From Pavona decussata (lineage: Eukaryota): DNA of 64,000 bases. Below are positions 28,568 to 39,500 of this stretch, in pieces. How positions within the stretch are numbered: the first letter of the stretch is position 1; every line of letters begins with the position of its first letter. The notes below the pieces were generated by a model. The model was not told the DNA's origin. It did no database searches and saw only the letters and a program-made list of their open reading frames with translations. A program made the translations under genes and the position numbers. Location of the stretch: assembly GCA_977016875.1 (NCBI GenBank), contig CDRNST010000176.1, positions 806,001-870,000 on the forward strand, read 5' to 3'.

Positions 28568-31500
28568 ATGTCGAAGTGTAAGTGACAATAATTTATATTT
28601 TGTTTTTAGAACTGTCGAACAAGAATGCGCCATATACTGAATGCACCATATACATGGAAGTATAATTTTTATACTGTCAACGTAATCGGTCCTAGTTATC
28701 AAGGTAACTTACCAAATCTTTATACAACTTAATCTTAAGCTTACTGCAGGGTAAGACTTCATTCACCGTACAAAAAACTCTGTTTCATGCTTTCCATCCC
28801 CATATACAAATGCTAGAAAGTTGACTACTGTTGTGTTGTATGTGCATCACTCCTTCCATGCAAATTGTCTTTTGCCAAAAGATGTTCTGACTCGTTGCAA
28901 GGAGTCTTGTGGAACAGTTAACATTATGCAATCAACTTACCAGCAATCGTGTGCAATATATTTACGGTCAAGCTATGGCATGAGATAAAAATGCCTCCTG
29001 AAAACATTTATACAGGATACCTTGCTGCTGGAACTGAGCTGGGCCAATAGCCTTTCACTGACATTCAGGAAATCAAACTGTTGTTAGCAAGCAGTTAGTT
29101 GTCAAGGCAGTTTTTGCTGCTGACTTCCTTGCTAAGGTGGTGAGAAGTCCTTAGATGTAAGGGTCTTATCTGCAATGGTTGTGACGAGTGCTAGCCGCTT
29201 CTTCTGAGTTGGGAGAAAGGTTGCAAGGAATGCCCCTGTTGATTTGCTGTTGCAGCAGACAATTCCTAAGACACACTCGGATAAGTGGGTGGAATGTTGA
29301 CTTCGGAGGGTACCCGGATCAACGCGTGCATAACTCTTTTTCCTTCCACTCACGGTCTCTCTTTTTTTCTTTTTTTAATAAGCAGGGTTTGGGTGTATCT
29401 TTTTTTTTTTTGCCAGTTTGATCTTCGTTTACAACAAAAATGAGGCCAAATGACGGAATGTCAAAGGACGGGCCTGGAAAATGTAGGCGGTTCGAAGCCC
29501 AAGCCACCATTCTTTTTTTCTGGGTTTTGTTTTTTTGGATGATCAACTGAACAAGAAAATCCAGTAAGTCAGGAGCCCGTAACTGGACTCCTGACTTCGT
29601 CGATCCAAGCACAGGGAACAGAGTCTAAAATAAAAACATGTTGCTAAAACAAGCAAACCACAAAGGAAATTCCATGCTTCAATCCCTTCAATTGCCAGTC
29701 AAAACATTTGTAACACGTGAAGTGATGCTTACTGTCAGTTTGTACTGTTTCCTTAGTTTGGCAGCATCCCAATGTCAATGTCTTCAAACATTTTAACATT
29801 GGAGAATGGAAGAAGTGTTCCAAAGAAGGCGAGGTCTCTACCATTATGGTAAGCTAAAGCAGAATGTGAGATGCAATTGAAATCTTTCTGACTGGTTAAA
29901 TATTGATTCTAAGTGTATCTCTATCTGTTAGAAAGAGGGTGAAAATTAATTAGTGTACATGTATGTAATCAAATGGTGATGCCTTTAAGCGAGGGAAGTT
30001 ATTAGAATTTTGACAAAATGCACGTGAAATTATTTCCTAATTTCACGAGTATACCATTTGATTACCTTTTAATATCATGGGTGACATATTATGCTCACAA
30101 TCGTGGTTGGTGCCATCTTGTTTACACACAGAGGCAAAAAACTGCTCAAGTAAAACTTTATCCAACTGCTCAGGGCAAACCATTTCAGGGTTTTTCTCAA
30201 GGCTGTTTTCATCACACCAGTTCTCAAAAACCCTCACCCAGTTAATTGTGCTCTTTCGCATATTTAAGTTTTCAGCAGCATCTTTTAATGCCATAACTTC
30301 TTTCACCTGTAACAGCTTTAAACTTGGATGCCATCTTGGCACTGAGATATAGGAAAAGTTGCCATAGACATTTTGTAATTTCACATGTGAAATTATAAAT
30401 TAACGCTAAAATTTCGTGCCAAAATTAAAGAGTAGTTTGTCACCCATGATATTAAAATAATTATTGTACCTACTAATGGTCACTGGAAATTAAACCACTT
30501 AGTGATTACTTCACTACAAACCTGAATAATTTTTCATGTATAGATGTAGCTAGGGTTCCTTGTAAAAAATAATGCTCTATAAGGCAATGAAGTTTGCTGT
30601 CAGTGGTATTTTGTTAGAATCAAGAGGTATCTGTCTGTCAGGGGTCATCAGTCAGCTGTGTATTGTTTTCACTTAAACCTGGCATTCGATAAAAAAAAGA
30701 GGAGCAGGGATGACACAGTGGTGAGAGCACCCCCTCCACCAATATGGTGCAGGTTTGATTCCCAGAGTTGACACCATAATTTGTGGGCTGGGTTTCTTGT
30801 TGGTTCTTGTCCCTGCTTCAAGGGTTTTTCTCCAGTTTTCCTCCCTCCACAAAAACCAACATCTCCAAATTCCAACTCACCCTGCAAACAGTGGACGAAT
30901 AGCCATGCTGTGGATGTGCCACTGAAATTCCCATTCATTTATTTATGCTATGTTTGTTTCCCATTAGGACAAACAGATGAAAGGCACAGTGTACAGAATA
31001 ACTGGTTCAATTCCTGCCAGTAATTTTATTCAGTTTCCTCGCACTAGTACTCAGTCACTAGGCCTAACTGGCCGTTATCTCTACTGCTTGTTCCGACCAA
31101 TCCCTGGCAAGTATTTTGTTGTTCACGTTGATGTGGCCACAGATGAAGGACTCACCATTAGGATATCTTTCTCAAACATGTTCAAGGAGTTTAAGTCAAC
31201 CTCAACTTGGCTTCAGTTTCCATTTGTGTCAAGTCCTCCCCCAGGATCAGTTGATGAAGTTACCCTTGGTGAAGCAACAACCTTGAGTAGTAAGTACATT
31301 TACAGACTACAACAACTTTTAAAGTGTGCTCAATCCATATAAAAATTACATCTATTTGCTGACAAATAGCGTAAGTGGAGGGTGGTTACCTGAGACTTTC
31401 AGTGCAATATCAATGAATAATATTATTGATATGTATGTTAGAAGTACTAAGAATTCATTGTTTTAACAGTTTCATTTGATGTACTTTACTGAGTTAACCA

Positions 31501-33476
31501 ACAGAATAATTGAAGGGGTGAGTGGAAAAAAGCCTTAAGTGACTTGTGATAAATTGCTAGATTCTCCATCCAAATTGCCTTGTATTTGCTCGGTAAACAA
31601 TAGGAGAATCTGACATTACATCAAAAGTCACTTAGGGCCTTGTTCCATGCACCCCTTCAATTACAACATTGTACTGAATGCAAGCCTGTTTATCTTTTAT
31701 ATTAAAATACACTGAGCTCCACTTCTGGGTCTTATTGAAAGCAATGTATTTGGCAGGGCTTTTTATGGGAAGGATTTTAGCATCAGAGATTTAGGGGGCT
31801 TATATTTGGAGGCTGTAATTTGAATGATAACATTGCAGTTCACAGGTTTATAGGTGTGACAGCTAGTTGTAAATTTTTTTTCATTCTGTTAGGTCTTGTT
31901 GGAACCACCTCACAGACATCTCGCTGGACTGTCCTGGTGCTGGACTTTAGATACATCTTATCTGTTTACTTGAACCGAAAATATTCATACCTAAAAACCA
32001 TGCGTCTGTGTGCCAACATGTTTCTCAAGGGACTTTTTACAAGTGACATTGATTATCAACCTGGAATATCTGCATCTGAAGCTCGCAAACTTGGCTTGTT
32101 GGATCAAGGTGTTAGTCCCATACCAAGGGAAATGGCATTTCCTCTACCAAAGGGGGCAGATTGGCACCAGCTCTACGACTACATCAAGTTTCCTCCTGAT
32201 ACGAAAGTTGCTCAGTTTGGAATCATTGCCAATGCCAAGTCTGTGCTGAGACAACCTAAAGTTGATCCAGTTCATGTTGGTTCACAGGAGGAAGGTTCTT
32301 GGCATCAGGACAAGGCGGCCAAGTTAAACCATGTCAGTCATGTTGATGTACGTTCACATGTCAAACCACATCATGAAACATTTGGCAACATTCATTTGAG
32401 AGATGAATCAAAGGTAATGGTAATGCAGATGAACCTCCCTGACTGTGTGACTTAGGCTCTGATCTTTTTAGTGGCTGTCTCCCTCAAGCAACCACTACTC
32501 CATAAAACAGTCATATTAATTGTTAGCTTCAGTCCAGTCACTTTAATTCAGACTTCTTGAAAGGGCCCTCCTTTTCTGGCATTTGTAGGGGCTACTTATT
32601 ATAGGAATGACTGTCGGTAGCTATAGAGTTCTATTTCTTTTTTTATTGCTGAGGAAAGTAAACTTTGCTTCCTGAAGAAACAAACAACTTACATTTGTAT
32701 AAGTATTAATTTTGTGAACATGCTTTTTATTTTCAGACACATAGAGCTGTAACTTCCAGAGTGGCATTAGTAGACAGACTTAATCCGCAGAAGAAAACCA
32801 CAAAAAAGGTATCAAATAACTGGAACTGGGCAGAGACATGGTATTGCATTTTCAGGCCATTTTTCTAATGACATTAAATGTGAATTTCAAGGCTTACAGT
32901 CTGGTGTTAATCAGACACTTGTAAAGTTTAACACAGTTTTAGTATTCAACGTTGCACCATAATTTTTGCTACTTTTTGTGGTACTGCAGCTTCATGTGCA
33001 AGTGCTCTCCTATTGTTTCTATGCATATCTTTGTGCTACATGCACATAGTTTCAATGCGAGGTGTGCACAAACAAACGGATTCTATATTTGTTTGACAAG
33101 TTGAAGGCTATTATTGTGGTACCTCCCCCACCCCTTCCCCCGCAATGATCCCCGTACTCCACAATGCACTTTCCAGTTGATGAACCGAAAAACCAAGTTC
33201 CTACTTGTTCATAGAACAGTAAAATAGCACAAAAAAAAGGTCAGTGTATAAAGTGCATCAGGGCCTTTGTTTACTCTATTTTGTGTCTTTTGTTACTGTC
33301 ATGCCTGCCTAAGTTCCCTAGAAGACAAGAAGACATTCTGCAGTCATCAAATGAAAATCTACAGTTGTAGAAGTGCTTCTCAAATAGGAGAAAGATCCTG
33401 CATTTACTACGCAACTTATAACAGTTGCGAAAAGAAAGCCTGAAAAAAATTCAGGCTTCAGAACGGGACTCGAACT

Positions 33477-33508
<32 letters not shown>

Positions 33509-36500
33509 CGAACTGAGCTATCAAGCCAACTGGGAGCTGGTCATATTGTGACTTCGTAATACACCCGTGAAGAATGAATAAATGGATGTAAATATATGAA
33601 ACATATATTTTGAACTGCAGATGAAAGATCAAATAGAACAAAGATCCTTGCATGTAGTACGCAACTTAAGCAGTTGCAAAAAGTGCTTCTGTTACAGTGG
33701 AGGTACCCAGAGATTTGTCTTCTTTACTCATCAGGCACGACATGTGATTCCTACTGCCCTCCCAACAGTTGGGCTGCTTGGAGAAGACTTGGCAGATGCT
33801 AACGGGGGAGAAGTGCATGTATATGCACATCCAAGCAAAGTTGTTCCTACTTCTCAGGATTTAAAGGAAAAGGATAAGGTACATAATGTAACCTATCACA
33901 CTTGTTGTTCCTGAGTATAGCTGCATTTCAAATTAATGATGTTAAGGACGGAGGACCCTTTTGCTGGTGCACATACTTTTGTACTTCTGTGCATCTGAGG
34001 TTGGTCCTACCAACTTACGTTTCTTAGGGATAGTTCCCCTTAATACAAATTAAAGTACTTTTGTATGGTTTTCAACTATGCGGCAAAGCGGATCTCAACA
34101 AGAGGTATTGGAATCAAAAAAGAAGACTGGGGTTAAACACGCATTTCGCGCAGGTGATGCGATTTTTTGAAATTTTGTTGCGTCGCCAGCGCGAGATGAA
34201 AATCGCACGTGTAGCCACCCTCGAACTTGCTACGCGTCAGGTGAAAAATCGCAGCCTCGCCATCCGCAATAGCTCGGGAAACGCCGGGATATCAACTACT
34301 GAAATTTCCGTCAGAAGTTGATAGTAAAATCCTTGTTCCTTTCTCTTTTCGAGCCACGGATGGACCCACGTTGACCTTTTCTTAATTTTCTTCTTCCTTC
34401 GTTTGCGTTTTATCGTCAAGAAGAAGAATGCAAATAGGCGATAAAACAATATCCTCGTCCGTAAGGGCCGTCCGCCATGTCTGTTTACAGCGACAGGTCT
34501 CTTGAAGTATGCGATTCACGCTGCTTTCAATTTGTCGCCAAACTCGCTAGAATTTCTCACTCGTGTAGCCACCCTCTCGCGCTGGCGACGCGACAAAATT
34601 TAAAAAAATCGCATCACCTGCGCGAGCAAAAAAACGCTTGTGTAGCCGCGGCTTTAGGGGACGCTAAGGGAACCATTAGGGAACGAAAAGGGAACGCAAA
34701 GAGGAACGCTTAGGGAACGAAAAGAGGAACGCTTAGGGAACGAAAAGGGAACGCTTAGGGAACGAAAAGGGAACGTTTAGGAAACGCAAAGGGAATGATT
34801 AGGGAACGCAAAGTCGCAAAGAGGAACGCAAAGGGGACGCTTAGGGAACGAAAAGGAAACGCATAGAGGAACGCTTAGGGAACGCAAAGACGAACGCTTA
34901 GGGAACGAAAAGGGAACGCTTACGGAACGCAAAGGGGAACGTTTAGGGAACGCAAAGAGGAACGCTTAGGGAACGAAAAGGGAACGTTTAGGGAACGCAA
35001 AGAGGAACGCTTACGGAACGCAAAGACGAACGCTTAGGGAACGAAAAGAGAACGTTTAGGGTACGCAAAGAGGAACGCTTAGGGAACGCAAAGACGAACG
35101 CTTAGGGAACGAAGAGGGAACGTTTAGGGAACGTAAAGGGAACGCTTAGGGGATGAAAAGGGAACAATTAGGGAACGCAAAGACGAACGCTTAGGGAACG
35201 AAAAGGGAACGTTTAGGGAACGCAAACGGAATGCTTAGTTAACGCAAAGTCGCAAAGAGGAACGCAAAGGGGACGCTTAGGGAACGAAAAGGGAACGCAA
35301 AGAGGAACGCTTAGGGAACGAAAAGGGAACGCAAAGAGGAACGCTTAGGGAACGAAAAGGGAACGCAAAGAGGAACGCTTAGGGAACGAAAAGGGAACAC
35401 AAAGAGGAACGCTTAGGGAACGAAAAGAGGAACGCTTAGGGAACGAAAAGGGAACGTTTAGGAAACGCAAAGGAAATGATTAGGGAACGCAAAGTCGCAA
35501 AGAGGAACGCAAAGGGGACGCTTAGGGAACGAAAAGAAAACGCATAGAGGAACGCTTAGGGAACGCAAAGACGAACGCTTAGGGAACGAAAAGAAAACCC
35601 TTAGGGAACGAAAAGGGAACGCTTACAGAACGCAAAGGGGAACGTTTAGGGAACGCAAAGAGGAACGCTTAGGGAACGAAAAGGGAACGTTTAGGGAACG
35701 CAAAGAGGAACGCTTAGGGAACGAAAAGACGAACGCTTAGGGAACGAAAAGGGAACGTTTAGGGAACGCAAAGGGGAACGCTTAGGGAACGCAAAGAGGA
35801 ACGCTTAGGAAACGAAAAGGGAACGCTTAGGGAACGCAAAGAGGAACGCTTAGGGAACGCAAAGAGGAACGCTTAGGGAACGCAAAGAGGAACGCTTAGG
35901 GAACGAAAAGGGATTGCTTAGGGAACCAAAAGGGAACGCTTAGGGAACGCAAGGAGGAACGCTTAGGGAACCAAAAGGGAACGTTTAGGGAACGAAAAGA
36001 GAACGCTTAGGGAACGCAAAGACGAACGCTTAGGGAACGCAAAGACGAACGCAAAGAGAACGCAAAGACGAACACTTAGGGAACGCAAAGAGGAACTCTT
36101 AGGGAACGAAAAGGGAACGCTTAGGGAACGCAAAGAGGAACGCTTAGGGAACGAAAAGGGAACGCTTAGGGAACGAAAAGGGAACGTTTAGGGAACGCAA
36201 AGAGGAACGCTTAGGGAACGAAAAGGGAACGTTTAGGGAACGCAAAGAGGAACGCTTAGGGAACGCAAAGACGAACACTTAGGGAACGCAAAGAGGAACG
36301 CTTAGGGAACGTAAAGAGGAACGCTTAGAGAACGCAAAGACGAACGCAAAGAGAACGCAAAGACGAACACTTAGGGAACGCAAAGAGAAACGCTTAGGGA
36401 ACGAAAAAGGAACGCAAAGAGGAACGCTTAGAGAACGCAAAGAGAACGCAAAAACGAACACTTAGGAAACGCAAAGAGGAACGCTTAGGGAACGGAAAGC

Positions 36501-39500
36501 GAACGCTTAGGGAACGAAAAAGAAACGCAAAAGGAGCGCTTAGGGAACGCAAAGGGAACGCTTGGGGAACGAAAAAGGAACGCAAAGAGGAACGCTTAGA
36601 GAACGCAAAGACGAACGCAAAGAGAACGCAAAGACGAACGCTTAGGGAACGAAAAGGGAACGCAAAGAGGAACGCTTAGGGAACGAAAAGGGAACACAAA
36701 GAGGAACGCTTAGGGAACGAAAAGGGAACGTTTAGGAAACGCAAAGGAAATGATTAGGGAACGCAAAGTCGCAAAGAGGAATGCAAAGGGGACGCTTAGG
36801 GAACGAAAAGAAAACGCATAGAGGAACGCTTAGGGAACGCAAAGACGAACGCTTAGGGAACGAAAAGAAAACCCTTAGGGAACGAAAAGGGAACGCTTAC
36901 GGAACGCAAAGGGGAACGTTTAGGGAACGCAAAGAGGAACGCTTAGGGAACGAAAAGGGAACGTTTAGGGAACGCAAAGAGGAACGCTTAGGGAACGAAA
37001 AGACGAACGCTTAGGGAACGAAAAGGGAACGTTTAGGGAACGCAAAGGGGAACGCTTAGGGAACGCAAAGAGGAACGCTTAGGGAACGCAAAGACGAATG
37101 CTTAAAGAACGCAAAGAGGAACGCTTAGGAAACGAAAAGGGAATGCTTAGGGAACCAAAAGGGAACGCTTAGGGAACGCAAAGAGGAACGCTTAGGGAAC
37201 GCAAAGAGGAACGCTTAGGGAACGCAAAGAGGAACGCTTAGGGAACGCAAAGAGGAACGCTTAGGGAACGAAAAGGGATTGCTTAGGGAACCAAAAGGGA
37301 ACGCTTAGGAAACGCAAGGAGGAACGCTTAGGGAACCAAAAGGGAACGTTTAGGGAACGAAAAGAGAACGCTTAGGGAACGCAAAGACGCACGCAAAGAG
37401 AACGCAAAGACGAACACTTAGGGAACGCAAAGAGGAACTCTTAGGGAACGAAAAGGGAACGCTTAGGGAACGCAAAGAGGAACGCTTAGGGAACGAAAAG
37501 GGAACGCTTAGGGAACGAAAAGGGAACGTTTAGGGAACGCAAAGAGGAACGCTTAGGGAACGCAAAGACGAACACTTCGGGAACGCAAAGAGGAACGCTT
37601 AGGGAACGCAAAGAAGAACGCTTAGAGAACGCAAAGACGAACGCAAAGAGAACGCAAAGACGAACACTTAGGGAACGCAAAGAGAAACGCTTAGGGAACG
37701 AAAAGAGAACGCTTAGGGAATGCAAAGAGAACGCAAAGAGGAACGCTTATGGAACACAAAGGGAACGTTTAGAGGAACGCTTAGGGAACGCAAAGAGAAC
37801 GCAAAGAGGAACGCTTATGGAACACAAAGGGAACGTTTAGAGAACGCAAAGAGGAACGCTTAGAGAAGGCGAGAAATTAAGCGTTTCGTTGTAAGGGGAA
37901 CGCGTATTTGGGAACGCTTTATCGAGGCCGACAAAATGCAGTGGAACGCAGCAAAAGATGATGCGTAACAATGGCGCATGATAATCCATACGCGCGGCCA
38001 GAAAATTATCGAAAAAAACTAAAACAAACTCCGATAAGGCCATCCCAATAAAATATTTCGTTTCCCATCGCCCCGTCTCTTGTGATGGCGGGTCGGACGT
38101 CGGTCGGGCAAAAAAAAGAAAAAAAAACCGAAATAAACACTTGAAGGGGTCTGGGTTCCAGAGAAGGCCGGGCTGCTAAGTAAAAGAGCCTGGTTACTAA
38201 GTGAACTCGAAAACGTGGTATTTTCGTTCGTTATTCGTAGTATCGATGTTAATTAAAGACAAGCAGCGCTTACCATTTGAATGGAATTTTCGGTAATTCC
38301 GGGCAGAATTCAAATGGAACAGTTCATCACGGTGGAATGTTTTCGGAAAAAAGGTAATACCTTTCGAGGTATTCTCTTTTTCTCGCTTTTACCAGAATTC
38401 CCGGAAATTTCTGTACCATTTGTTTAAATGACCAGTGACAGGCTCTTCACGGTCATACTTCCGAGAAAGAATGCTAAAGACCTGAAAGATGGCGGCAGAT
38501 TTCCAAAACGTTTAACGATGCAATGTGTGTCTTTTCTCATTGGTTGTGTTGGCGGACGTTTTTTAGTAATAATTCACTCACTCTTCCTGGCCATTCAATC
38601 AAAAACATAGAACTCATTCCCCTAGAACTCATAAACTCCAACAGAGACGGCACTCGGAAAGCCAGAGAAGCATTTCTAATTTCCAAGGGCAAGACTCTTG
38701 AACCCTATGGAATAAACAGACGCGATGAAACTTAATCTGTCTACTGTACACGTTTCAGCTTTCTTTATTTATCAACCAATCACATCTCAACTTTTCATTT
38801 GTATCGTCTTTAAATATTGTAACCGTTTATTTCCAATTTTAACTTAGCTTTTTGCCGCCCCTGAAGAAGGTTAGTATTGTCTAACCGAAATATTGGGCAC
38901 TAAAATTATTTTAGCTGTCCGATCAGCCTTGCATTTAATTTTACGTTTTATTCAACCTTGCTGATCCTGATCTACACAAAGATCCGGCTACACTTTGCTT
39001 CTGTTTGTACAAGTGGTCCCTGCACTATTCAAGAGTTTTTTAGTAACCCTATGCATTTCTCTTGTGACACTGCTAAATGTACCATTAAATCTATCAGCAA
39101 CAAGTCGTACGCTCTCCTGGTTAGCCATACACCAAAGGTAAATTAAAATTTGCTTCCTAGGGTCGATAACATGGCTTCCGAATGGGTTTCCAGCAGGTAT
39201 ATTTCCCGTAGCCGTGACCTCCCTCACCACAATTTCACATGTTGCCCTCTGCATACGAAAATGAGCTTTAAATTCATCCAGAGATTACGCTGGTATCGTT
39301 TGCTCAAAATAACCAAGGATTCGATTTAAATTTCTCCTTGCAAATACGGATGCTGCAGCAGCCAAAACGATGAAATCGTCGTCGTCTTCTCCAAAAAAAT
39401 CATTTTCCAAGTCGTCCGTTAAATGTCTATGCCATGTTTGTTGTTGATACGTACCCAGTTCCCAGCCCACTGGCATCCGAAACGTCCCATCAAATGATAC

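Noticed and set aside
36279-37725. ORFs within the satellite (RSLSVP / LRERK repeats)
   Set aside because: By-products of translating a low-complexity tandem repeat; no splice or homology support
34654-37867. CRISPR array or true telomere / chromosome fusion site
   Set aside because: There are no unique spacers or cas genes; TTAGGG is never tandem but embedded once per 22-23-bp unit, and the array is inside an intron of an intact gene
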